Assembly: GCA_046583315.1 (NCBI GenBank)
Contig: JAYGCN010000063.1
Span: 1 to 11,083 of the forward strand
Length of the DNA: 11,083 nucleotides
Reading direction: 5' to 3'
Source: Candidatus Hydrogenedentota bacterium
GTDB taxonomy: Bacteria > Hydrogenedentota > Hydrogenedentia > Hydrogenedentales > GCA-2746185
Of this stretch, positions 1 to 8,180 are shown one piece after another. Under the pieces are notes generated by a model. The model did not search any database, had not been told where the DNA came from, and worked only from the letters and a program-made list of their open reading frames with translations. Position 1 is the stretch's first letter. Every line of letters starts with the position of its first letter. The position numbers were made by a program, and so were the translations under genes.

Positions 1-17
1 CGACGCTCTTCCGATCT
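1..17 (+). other. Illumina TruSeq adapter / sequencing-primer remnant (technical artefact)
   Basis: CGACGCTCTTCCGATCT is an exact match to the 3' 17 nt of the Illumina Read 1 primer ACACTCTTTCCCTACACGACGCTCTTCCGATCT and sits at the extreme 5' end. Confidence 0.93.
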
Positions 18-18
18 C

Positions 19-825
19 AGACGGCAGACCCGTGCGCTCGCGCTGGAGTTGGGCGTTATTGGCCTGATGAATATCCAATTCGCCGTGCGTGACGATGATA
101 TCTATCTCATTGAAGTGAATCCGCGCGCCTCACGCACTGTGCCCTTCGTGAGCAAGGCCATGGGAATACCGCTCGCCAAAATTGCTGCCCGTATCATGGC
201 CGGAAAAACACTTGACGACCTGGGCATCATGAAAGACCCGGAAACGTGTTTCGTCTCCGCCAAAGAAGTCGTACTTCCCTTCATCAAATTCCCGGGCGTC
301 GACACATTGCTCGGACCCGAAATGCGCAGCACTGGCGAAGTCATGGGCATTTCACGCGACATGGGTGGAGCATTTGCCAAGAGCCAGATCGCGGCCGGCA
401 ACAACGTACCCACTGAGGGCACCGTATTCCTCAGCTTGAACGAGCGGGACAAATCCAGTGCCAAGGAACTCGCCCAGGAATTGGATGCGCTCGGTTTCAC
501 TCTAATCGCCACAAAAGGTACGGCTGCGGTCGCTTCGGAGAGCGGAATCGAAGTTGAAGAAATATTCAAAGTCGGCGAAGGGCGTCCCAACATCGTTGAT
601 CGAATCATCAACGGCGATATCCACTGGATCATCAATACGCCGCTCGGTATTCAATCCAAGTTCGACGAGCAGGCGATACGCCGAAACGCTCTGGAACGCG
701 GAATCCCGACGATGACGACCCTCGCAGCGGCGAAAGCAGCCGTACAGGGCATCCGCGCCTTACGGGAGTCTGCACCGACAGTCTTGTCACTCCAGGAATA
801 TCACGCCGAACTGAACAACGGCTAA
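19..825 (+). CDS. carB: Carbamoyl-phosphate synthase large subunit, 5'-truncated (end of second ATP-grasp domain plus MGS-like allosteric domain)
   Basis: Frame 1 is open from the window edge (RRQTRALALELGVIGLMNIQFAV). Motifs IEVNPRASRTVPFVSKA and LGPEMRSTGEVMG, then an MGS-like tail (ATKGT, GRPNIVD, IINTP). Stop TAA at 823-825. The ORF-track start at 49 is an internal Leu codon. Confidence 0.96.
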   Translation, partial: RRQTRALALELGVIGLMNIQFAVRDDDIYLIEVNPRASRTVPFVSKAMGIPLAKIAARIMAGKTLDDLGIMKDPETCFVSAKEVVLPFIKFPGVDTLLGPEMRSTGEVMGISRDMGGAFAKSQIAAGNNVPTEGTVFLSLNERDKSSAKELAQELDALGFTLIATKGTAAVASESGIEVEEIFKVGEGRPNIVDRIINGDIHWIINTPLGIQSKFDEQAIRRNALERGIPTMTTLAAAKAAVQGIRALRESAPTVLSLQEYHAELNNG

Positions 826-875
826 CCCAATATCGACACTACACGGAATTGTAGTTTATGAAAGGAATCGGAACT

Positions 876-2093
876 ATGTCTCTTCTTGAAGGTAAGGTGC
901 TTGTAGCACAGGGCGGTGGTCCGACTGCGGTCATCAACCAGAGTTTCGTCGGCGTTGTGCAGGAAGCGCGAAAATTTCCCAAAGTAACGCGCATCTACGG
1001 CGCACTACACGGCATTCAGGGCATCATCGAAGAAGACCTCATCGATTTGACCGAGACGACTACCCACAATCTCGAAGCCGTTGCTGCCACCCCCTCCTCC
1101 GGATTGCTGTCGACCCGCATGAAACCCACGCAGGACATCTGTAAAAAAATCTTCGAGGTGTGCCGGGCCCACGGCGTACGTTACTTCTTCTACTGCGGTG
1201 GAAACGACAGTGCGGACACATGCCGCATCGTGAGCGAACAAGCGTCGAACGAAAACTATGAACTTCGCGTCATTCACGTGCCCAAAACCATCGACAACGA
1301 TCTGAAAGTCACCGACCACTGCCCCGGTTATGGTTCAGCGGCCAAGTTCGTTGCCCAGGCATTTGCGGGTGTGAACCTCGACAACCGCGCGCTGTCCGGG
1401 GCATACATCGGTGTCGTAATGGGACGTCACGCTGGATTCCTGACCGCCGCCGCAGCACTCGGACGCGTTTATCCCGATGATGGTCCTCACTTGGTATACG
1501 TGCCCGAGAATACATTTACCAAGAAACAATTCATCAGCGACGTGAAAAAAGTGTACGCGAAATACGGTCGTTGCGTGATTGCCGTGTCCGAAGGCATCCG
1601 GGACGCCAAAGGTAAAGCGATCGCCGAACAATTCAGCCAGGGCGAAACCGATGCCCACGGAAACGTACAACTCTCCGGCACCGGCGCGCTGGGCGATCTA
1701 CTGAGTCAATGGATTAAAGACGGCACGAATATCGATCGCGTCCGCGCGGATACGCTTGGTTACCTGCAACGTTCATTCCTGGGATGCGTTAGTGAAGTCG
1801 ATCAGCGCGAAGCCCGCGAAGTCGGCGAAAGAGCCGCGCAATACGCCATCTGGCACAACCTTGACGGATCCGTCGCCATGAAACGCGTCGGCGACTACGC
1901 CATCGAATATTTTCTGACTCCCCTGCACACCGTCGCACGGGAAGCCACGGAAATGCCGAAGAAATTCATGAACAAAGATGGTAACAACGTGACACCAGCC
2001 TTTATACAGTATGCGCGCCCACTGATTGGCGAGTTGCCGCAGGCAGTACGCGTATCCGCACCAAAGGTAAAAGGGTTGCTACACAAGAAATAG
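876..2093 (+). CDS. pfp: PfkA-family phosphofructokinase, probably pyrophosphate-dependent (PPi-PFK)
   Basis: Motifs AQGGGPTAVIN, GGNDS (1197-1211), PKTIDND (1281-1301), MGRHAG, VSEG and LGYLQR. Asp in GGxD plus Lys in PKTIDND is the PPi-type signature. ATG 876 is preferred over 858 because AAGGA lies at 862-866. Confidence 0.88.
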   Translation: MSLLEGKVLVAQGGGPTAVINQSFVGVVQEARKFPKVTRIYGALHGIQGIIEEDLIDLTETTTHNLEAVAATPSSGLLSTRMKPTQDICKKIFEVCRAHGVRYFFYCGGNDSADTCRIVSEQASNENYELRVIHVPKTIDNDLKVTDHCPGYGSAAKFVAQAFAGVNLDNRALSGAYIGVVMGRHAGFLTAAAALGRVYPDDGPHLVYVPENTFTKKQFISDVKKVYAKYGRCVIAVSEGIRDAKGKAIAEQFSQGETDAHGNVQLSGTGALGDLLSQWIKDGTNIDRVRADTLGYLQRSFLGCVSEVDQREAREVGERAAQYAIWHNLDGSVAMKRVGDYAIEYFLTPLHTVAREATEMPKKFMNKDGNNVTPAFIQYARPLIGELPQAVRVSAPKVKGLLHKK

Positions 2094-2137
2094 TTCAAAA
2101 TGGCGCCGGGCCAACTAAAGGTCTACCAGCTCCGCTG

Positions 2138-2716
2138 CTATCCGCTGAACAGATTCAAGAAAGAAGTCTGTACTCCTTTGATAAGCGGGTAGACTATGCG
2201 GTACAAGCCCGGCACGAATCGTATCACCAGGAGGAGCGCAACGAGGCTCAGTATTTTGTGGCGCAAGGCAAAACCGGGAACCTTTATGATGAACCCTAGC
2301 AGCGTTCCCAGGACAACCCTCAGGCCCTTACCAATTTCCTTGACCGCCCACACGAAATCGCTGGGTATCTTAATGCCTTTACTGCGACGCGATATCCCGT
2401 CCAGCGAACAATCCAATTGAAGTTCCGTATACCCGACGCGCATGATTCCACCGGACTGCAACACGCGGGATTTAAGCCGCCCCGCTCTCTTGCCATCAAC
2501 CAGAAAGGTGCCTCCCGAGGTTGACCGTATGCGATACCCATTGCCTACAGCTGTGGCGATGCCGTGAAAGGGCAATACGTTTCGATCCAGGGCAATATTG
2601 ATAGCGCATGAATTCCCCTGCCCAATTTTCACCGTGTTTTCCATGATGGGGAATTCGGTGCCGTCCTGCGGACCGTTAATCACGATAAACACGTCTGGGT
2701 ATCCCGCTTCTCTCAT
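2138..2716 (-). CDS. FHA-like domain protein with a C-terminal amphipathic/transmembrane region; phosphothreonine-binding residues degenerate
   Basis: The N-terminal ~95 aa follow the FHA strand pattern (IVINGPQDGTEFPI...KIGQG..C.I...FHG.....YRIRS....FLVDGKR....VLQSGGIMRVGYTEL). The C-terminus is hydrophobic (VVLGTLLGFII; ILSLVALLLVIRFVPGLY). Its ATG overlaps the Clp stop as ATGA at 2713-2716. Confidence 0.75.
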   Translation of the reverse strand: MREAGYPDVFIVINGPQDGTEFPIMENTVKIGQGNSCAINIALDRNVLPFHGIATAVGNGYRIRSTSGGTFLVDGKRAGRLKSRVLQSGGIMRVGYTELQLDCSLDGISRRSKGIKIPSDFVWAVKEIGKGLRVVLGTLLGFIIKVPGFALRHKILSLVALLLVIRFVPGLYRIVYPLIKGVQTSFLNLFSG

Positions 2717-5079
2717 GAGCTCACCGACTTGGGTTCTTCCTTCGTCGATTGGCGAGGTTCCCCTTTAACGAACACGAGTTCGTCGCCCTCCATTTTCACA
2801 TCAATCATGTCTCCGTCGGAAAACGTACCGTCCAAAATTCGCTCGCTGATGGGCCCGGCGATATAGCGTTCGAGCGTGCGCTTGAGTTCGCGCGCGCCGT
2901 ATTCGGGACTGTATCCTATCTTGCCCAGATACTCATAGGCGCGCTGAAACATGCGGATACCCATATCGCGACCACTGATGCGCCGCCGCAGCTCATTCAG
3001 CATGATGCGCAGTACGGTGCGGACATCCTCCTGCAACAACGGATAAAAGGGGACAATTTCATCGATGCGGTTAATAAATTCCGGTCGAAAGTGTTCCTCC
3101 AGGGCGTGGATAACATCGCCACGTTCGGTACCCGTATCGCCACGCGCCAGAACATCGGCTCCAATATTGGAGGTGAAAATAATAATCGTATTTTTGAAAT
3201 CGATAATTCTTCCGTCCGAATTCTTCAGGCGCCCTTCATCGAGAACAGGCAAAAGCATATCAAATATTTGAGGACTGGCTTTTTCTATTTCGTCGAAAAG
3301 GATAATGGAAAACGGGTGATTCTGAACAGCACTCGTCAATAATCCCTCCTGATCGCTCCCCACATACCCAGGCGGCGCGCCAATCAACTTGGCGATGGAA
3401 TGAGACTCGGAATACTCTGACATATCAAATGTAATCAAGTGTTCAAGGGAACCAAACACATAGTGCGCGAGCTCTTTACACAACTGTGTCTTACCGACAC
3501 CGGTAGGCCCCAAAAAAAGCATGACTGCGTCAGGTCGATTGGGGTCGGCCAAGCCCACTCTGGACTTAACAACGACCGATACGACTTTATTAACCGCTTC
3601 GTCCTGGCCGATGATCTTATGCATGAGCACCTCATCCATATTCGACAGTCGCGCACGTTCTTCGCGCGTGATCTCCTCGATCGGCACCGAAGCCACCTGA
3701 CTGACCGCTTTACGAATACTATGCGGCGTGATACACAACTCAGCACCGTTGCCCTGCGAGTCCTCGCTCATGATTGCGTTAATCCGGAAGCTCGCACAGG
3801 CCTGATCCAACAAATCGATGGCCTTGTCAGGAAAATTTCGATTCGGCATATAGCGTTGCGTCAGTTTCACTACCGCCTCGATGGCCTCCGGGGATATCGT
3901 TACTTGATGGTGCCTGGCCAACAACGGCGCAAGCCGGGTCAATACACGTACAGTGGCTTCGGGACTCAGCTGCTCGACTCGCAACATCTGGAATCGCCGT
4001 TCAAGCGCGGGATCTTTCGCGATAAACTGGCGGTACTCCTTCAACGTTGTCGCTCCGATAACCCGTATCTCTCCGCGCCCCAGGGCTGGCTTCAGGAGAT
4101 TCGCCAGGTCAATAGAATCGCCATCGGTAGCCCCTGCGCCCATAATCAAGTGAATTTCATCAATAAACAATATCGTATCTTTACGGCTCTTGAGCTCTTC
4201 CAACAAGGTAACAATTTTTTCTTCGAAACTGCCTCGAAATTGGGTACCGGACAGTAGCGCGGATACGTTCAACTCGATAATACGATTCTGCTCAATAAGA
4301 TCCTTGAACCTCCCGCGAACCATGCGACATGCGAGGTCTTCGACAATTTTGGTCTTTCCCGTACCAGCTTCCCCTACCAGTATCACATTGTTCTTGCCCT
4401 GGCGTGCACAAATCTCGACCAGCTGCATGACTTCATTATTGCGCCCGACCGCTCGGTGTATCTTGCGATCCCGCGCCATCTGTGTGAGATCGCGCGTGAA
4501 TTCCTCCACCTTCGCTGAGTGATCCTTAACCCCGTCGTCTCTTGTGTCAAGCGTGGCAGCCGACGAGTGAGCCTGACTCGACTCAGCAGCGACTTCCGTA
4601 TTCTTCGTCGACTCAGCAATTGCCGCGGTCTGCTCAATTTTCAATTCTAGAAGCCTGTCCCGCAGATCATGCGTCAATTTTAGGCGTGCGGATCCCATCG
4701 AGTCCATGCACCGACTCGGTAACGCACGGGGATCCGTCAAAATCGCAAGTGCCACATGGCCCGTCACCGCTTCAACATTTCCAAGCTGAGTCGCGATGCG
4801 CTGCGCTTCACTAATGAGTGCCGCACAGCGAGGCGTGTAATATACTTCACCGTCAGCCGTTGGTGGAACACCCTTCCAACTCTGGGCATGGCACACCTGT
4901 GCCGTTTTCTCCAGCAAGGCTTCATACTTCTCCAACGACGTGCCATACCATTGATCTTTTCGTTGGAGTACGGCTTCAAAGAGATGCTCAACACCGACAA
5001 AATACTTGCCCCGCATTTTGCTGACTTCGGTGGCCGAATCTAGAAGACTGCCCATGTCTTGAGAGACCGTTACGTGCAC
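2713..5079 (-). CDS. Class I Clp/Hsp100 AAA+ ATPase (ClpA/B/C superfamily), atypical subtype
   Basis: Double Clp-N repeat ([16 protein letters not shown]...TGHVALAIL). NBD1: [34 protein letters not shown]2: [43 protein letters not shown] start with GAGGA at 5093-5089, 9 nt upstream. Confidence 0.95.
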   Translation of the reverse strand: MHVTVSQDMGSLLDSATEVSKMRGKYFVGVEHLFEAVLQRKDQWYGTSLEKYEALLEKTAQVCHAQSWKGVPPTADGEVYYTPRCAALISEAQRIATQLGNVEAVTGHVALAILTDPRALPSRCMDSMGSARLKLTHDLRDRLLELKIEQTAAIAESTKNTEVAAESSQAHSSAATLDTRDDGVKDHSAKVEEFTRDLTQMARDRKIHRAVGRNNEVMQLVEICARQGKNNVILVGEAGTGKTKIVEDLACRMVRGRFKDLIEQNRIIELNVSALLSGTQFRGSFEEKIVTLLEELKSRKDTILFIDEIHLIMGAGATDGDSIDLANLLKPALGRGEIRVIGATTLKEYRQFIAKDPALERRFQMLRVEQLSPEATVRVLTRLAPLLARHHQVTISPEAIEAVVKLTQRYMPNRNFPDKAIDLLDQACASFRINAIMSEDSQGNGAELCITPHSIRKAVSQVASVPIEEITREERARLSNMDEVLMHKIIGQDEAVNKVVSVVVKSRVGLADPNRPDAVMLFLGPTGVGKTQLCKELAHYVFGSLEHLITFDMSEYSESHSIAKLIGAPPGYVGSDQEGLLTSAVQNHPFSIILFDEIEKASPQIFDMLLPVLDEGRLKNSDGRIIDFKNTIIIFTSNIGADVLARGDTGTERGDVIHALEEHFRPEFINRIDEIVPFYPLLQEDVRTVLRIMLNELRRRISGRDMGIRMFQRAYEYLGKIGYSPEYGARELKRTLERYIAGPISERILDGTFSDGDMIDVKMEGDELVFVKGEPRQSTKEEPKSVSS

Positions 5080-5129
5080 AATATAAATTCCTCAAAATTC
5101 ATACGCGATTCCAGAAGATTGCAGCCATC

Positions 5130-5158
5130 ATTATAATGTGCCCACGACACCGAAACAA
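5130..5158 (-). promoter_or_regulatory. Putative sigma70-type promoter for the clp-FHA unit
   Basis: Minus-strand TTGTTT (5158-5153), 17-nt spacer, perfect TATAAT (5135-5130), about 50 nt upstream of the GTG start. Confidence 0.55.
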
Positions 5159-5174
5159 TGACGATGCTTGCTTG

Positions 5175-5203
5175 ATTATAGGGCTTGCAACCGTTCACGT
5201 CGA
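5175..5203 (-). promoter_or_regulatory. Second putative sigma70-type promoter facing the clp gene
   Basis: Minus-strand TCGACG (5203-5198), 17-nt spacer, TATAAT (5180-5175). Confidence 0.4.
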
Positions 5204-5214
5204 TTGACTACAAT
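5185..5214 (+). promoter_or_regulatory. Putative sigma70-type promoter for the MFS gene
   Basis: TTGCAA (5185-5190), 18-nt spacer, TACAAT (5209-5214), 42 nt upstream of ATG 5257. Confidence 0.45.
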
Positions 5215-5256
5215 CTATCGCTCGATCCAAATCCTAACCAGTGAGTAATCCGTCCC

Positions 5257-6606
5257 ATGAATGATGAAACCGAAAACGATTCAAGTGCACTGACCGATCG
5301 CTCAAAGTCCGCACTTACGACGGTTTTTGTTACTTTGTTTCTCGATTTGGTCGGATTCTCAATCATTTTCCCCTTGTTCCCGGCCATGTTGGACTATTAT
5401 CTGGAGACCGAAGGCAACCAGGGGCTCATCGGCGTGACCGTTTCATTCCTGGAAAAATTCACCGAAGTCGCGGGTGGACCAAGCGAAATCGGCATCATCG
5501 TGTTGTTCGGCGGAATCCTTGCCTCCCTGTTCTCGTTGCTTCAGTTTATCTGCTCGCCCATCATCGGCGCACTCTCGGACCGTTACGGGCGTCGTCCGTT
5601 ATTGCTCGTCTCAATCGCCGGCATCGCCATTTCCTACGGCATGTGGTTCTTCGCTGGCACCTTCGCGATGTTGGTGGCTGCGCGGATTCTGGGCGGACTC
5701 ATGTCAGGAAACATTTCGACCGCCTCGGCAGTCGTGGCCGATGTCACCAGCAAAGAAAATCGTTCCAAAGGCATGGCCATCATCGGTATCGCATTCGGCA
5801 CCGGCTTCATTCTCGGACCGGCAATCGGCGGATTCTCGGCCATGATCGATCTTCGCGATTACCTGCCCGGGCTGGTCGACTTCGGACTGAACCCCTTCTC
5901 AACCCCCGCATTGATCGCGATGTTTCTCTCCGTCATCAATTTCGTCTACGTGCTCACGCGCTTTAAGGAGACCCTGCCCGATGCCAAAGAAGATTCCGAG
6001 CGCGTAGAACGATCCATCAATCCGATTACGCTGTTCAAAGTGCAGGAATATCCCGGTGTCTCCAAAACAAACCTGATCAACTTTCTGTTTCTCTCCATTT
6101 TTTCCGGCATGGAATTCTCACTCACATTTCTCGCAATGGATCGACTCAACTACGGCCCGCGCGAAAACGCCTACATGTTTTTGTTCATCGGCTTTATCTT
6201 GACCATCGTGCAAGGCGGCTACGTGCGCCGAAAATCAGCTACCATCGGCCCCAAACGCATGTCCCTGCAAGGTCTCGTGATGATCGTACCCGGGCTGGTG
6301 TGTGTCGGCCTGGCAAACTCCGCCGGACTCTTGTATCTCGGACTATTCCTGATGGCCGTCGGTTCCGCGCAGGTGATACCCTGCCTGACCGCCCTCGCAT
6401 CGTCCTATGCCCCGGAAAATGAGCAGGGACGCATACTCGGCGTATTCCGCTCGCTGGGCGCCTTGGCCCGTGGCGTGGGTCCCTTACTGGCCTGCGTACT
6501 CTACTGGCGACTCGGATCGACCGCGGCCTACATCATCGGAGCATTCGGCATCGTCGTACCTGTTTTGATAGCGGCAAAATTGCCCAAAATTCCCGACGCC
6601 GAGTGA
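5257..6606 (+). CDS. Major facilitator superfamily transporter, DHA1/TetA-like H+ antiporter
   Basis: About 12 hydrophobic segments. TM1 LFLDLVGFSIIFP carries an acidic residue. Motif A is GALSDRYGRRP, the motif B region is ARILGG, and the antiporter motif C is GIAFGTGFILGPAIGG. Confidence 0.9.
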   Translation: MNDETENDSSALTDRSKSALTTVFVTLFLDLVGFSIIFPLFPAMLDYYLETEGNQGLIGVTVSFLEKFTEVAGGPSEIGIIVLFGGILASLFSLLQFICSPIIGALSDRYGRRPLLLVSIAGIAISYGMWFFAGTFAMLVAARILGGLMSGNISTASAVVADVTSKENRSKGMAIIGIAFGTGFILGPAIGGFSAMIDLRDYLPGLVDFGLNPFSTPALIAMFLSVINFVYVLTRFKETLPDAKEDSERVERSINPITLFKVQEYPGVSKTNLINFLFLSIFSGMEFSLTFLAMDRLNYGPRENAYMFLFIGFILTIVQGGYVRRKSATIGPKRMSLQGLVMIVPGLVCVGLANSAGLLYLGLFLMAVGSAQVIPCLTALASSYAPENEQGRILGVFRSLGALARGVGPLLACVLYWRLGSTAAYIIGAFGIVVPVLIAAKLPKIPDAE

Positions 6607-6620
6607 CACCTGCGCACGAA

Positions 6621-8180
6621 TTAAGCTAACACATAGCCGTCCGCAAGATTTCGATACGACTCCACCTGCGCAGTCTCCCATTCTGCATCACGATTCGATT
6701 CCACAGCCATAATGCGTGCCACCTGTTGCGCGATCTCCATCGATGCGCGCGCGTTCAGCAAGAGACACCGGGTCCGTCTCGAAAGAACGTCTTCAACCGT
6801 GAGCGCCATCTCCTCACGTACCGCCCAGATCACCCGGGCCGCCGTTACGGGCAAATCGGGGTGGAGTAATTTCCCGTTTTCCGGTGACTCGGCTTCAATC
6901 TCACGTACTCTTTTCGCATCGGAACCGTACACCTCAAGCGCGCCAAAGTGTTCTGCATGCTGATGGTAGCCGTGGATGTTTAACTGCTTGGTGACGCAGT
7001 CCCGATCCTCAAGGGCCCCGAGCATCATCGCGTGATCCACCGTATCCTCCGCCATCTTTCGATAGGTCGTCCATTTCCCGCCGGTCACCGTGAGCAATCC
7101 GAAGCGAGACACATTGATTGTGTGATCTCGTGAGATGGCTGCAGTATCCTCGTCGTCCCCTTCACTCACAAGTGGACGCAAGCCGGCAAACACACTCAGG
7201 ACATCTTCCCGAGTCGGATCTTCTGTAAGGTAACGCGCCGCGTGCTTCATCAGAAAGTCAATCTCCTCGGGTAACGCGCGCGGCTCGAGCACCGCCTCGT
7301 CGACCGGAGTATCCGTTGTCCCAACCACAACACAATCATGCCATGGAATCGCAAAGAGTACACGCCCATCGTCGGTGTGCGGCACCATGATGGCCGTATC
7401 TCCTCCGAGAAAACGCCTTGGAAGCACGATATGCACGCCCTGACTCAACGTCATCATAGGGCGGATCTCGGGATCGTGCAACCGGCGTATGTGATCCGTA
7501 AATACACCCGTCGCGTTGATCACCACCTTGGCGTTCACGCGGTAGGTGGAATTCGTTTCAGCATCCACGCACTCCACGCCGGATACCATTTCGTCTTCCT
7601 TCAGAATCTTCGTGACCGCACAGTAATTAACAAGTGTTGCCCCTTGCTCGTGCGCCGTCTGCGCCAGATTAATGGCAAGTCGCGAATCATCAAATTGCCC
7701 ATCGTAATAAATCACGCCCCCGCGCAACTGGTCCGTTTCGATCGTCGGAAGTTTTTCGATCGTTTCTTCGCGCGACAGGTTTCGCGACACACCCAAGCCG
7801 TGTTTTCCCGCCAGCATGTCGTACATGCGCAGTCCGATTCCATAAAATGGCGCTTCCCACCAGTCATAATTCGGCACAACAAAGGGTAAATCATGTACAA
7901 GATGGGGCGCGTTTCGCCGGAGCAATCCGCGTTCACGCAAGGCTTCGAGAACCAGTGACAGATTCCCCTGTTGCAGATACCGTACGCCGCCATGCACCAA
8001 TTTCGTGCTTCGACTGGAGGTTCCTTTCGCGAAATCGTGTTGTTCCAGTAGCAATGTTTTGTAGCCCCTGGATGCGGCATCCACCGCCACGCCCAAGCCC
8101 GTGGCACCCCCGCCAATCACCACAATATCCCACGCATCGGGGAATTCGTTCAATGTGCGAAGCATGTCGGTACGATTCAT
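6621..8180 (-). CDS. glpD: FAD-dependent glycerol-3-phosphate dehydrogenase/oxidase (GlpD family)
   Basis: FAD motif IVVIGGGATG, family signature DFAKGTSSRSTKLVHGGVRYL, plus DGQFDDSRL, AGLRPL, ISRDH and GGKWTTYRKMAE. RBS AGGGGAG at 8195-8189. No C-terminal Cys-rich [2Fe-2S] tail of the GlpA type. Confidence 0.92.
   Translation of the reverse strand: MNRTDMLRTLNEFPDAWDIVVIGGGATGLGVAVDAASRGYKTLLLEQHDFAKGTSSRSTKLVHGGVRYLQQGNLSLVLEALRERGLLRRNAPHLVHDLPFVVPNYDWWEAPFYGIGLRMYDMLAGKHGLGVSRNLSREETIEKLPTIETDQLRGGVIYYDGQFDDSRLAINLAQTAHEQGATLVNYCAVTKILKEDEMVSGVECVDAETNSTYRVNAKVVINATGVFTDHIRRLHDPEIRPMMTLSQGVHIVLPRRFLGGDTAIMVPHTDDGRVLFAIPWHDCVVVGTTDTPVDEAVLEPRALPEEIDFLMKHAARYLTEDPTREDVLSVFAGLRPLVSEGDDEDTAAISRDHTINVSRFGLLTVTGGKWTTYRKMAEDTVDHAMMLGALEDRDCVTKQLNIHGYHQHAEHFGALEVYGSDAKRVREIEAESPENGKLLHPDLPVTAARVIWAVREEMALTVEDVLSRRTRCLLLNARASMEIAQQVARIMAVESNRDAEWETAQVESYRNLADGYVLA

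Noticed and set aside
102..635. 177-aa minus-strand ORF, and similar overlapping ORFs inside pfp, MFS, glpD and actP (e.g. 7338-7889, 7847-8284)
   Set aside because: They overlap well-supported genes in other frames or strands and have no recognisable domains.
19..825. carB (and likewise gmhB at the other end) as pseudogenes
   Set aside because: Both frames are open to the window edges with intact motifs; the truncation is due to the sequence boundary.
2094..2137. Bidirectional terminator between pfp and the FHA gene
   Set aside because: Only a 4-bp stem (TGGC/GCCA) and no convincing U-tract.
3439..4257. 272-aa plus-strand ORF (also 2749-3342 and other ORFs opposite the clp gene)
   Set aside because: Antisense shadows of a strongly conserved gene, with no recognisable motifs.
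2138..5079. Type VI secretion locus (ClpV + Fha)
   Set aside because: No tssB/C, hcp, vgrG or tssJLM in the window. The FHA protein is short and membrane-anchored, and the ATPase pore loop is not ClpV-like.
5257..6606. Tetracycline resistance gene tetA
   Set aside because: Only family-level DHA1 motifs are present. There is no tetR or mobile context, so the substrate cannot be assigned.
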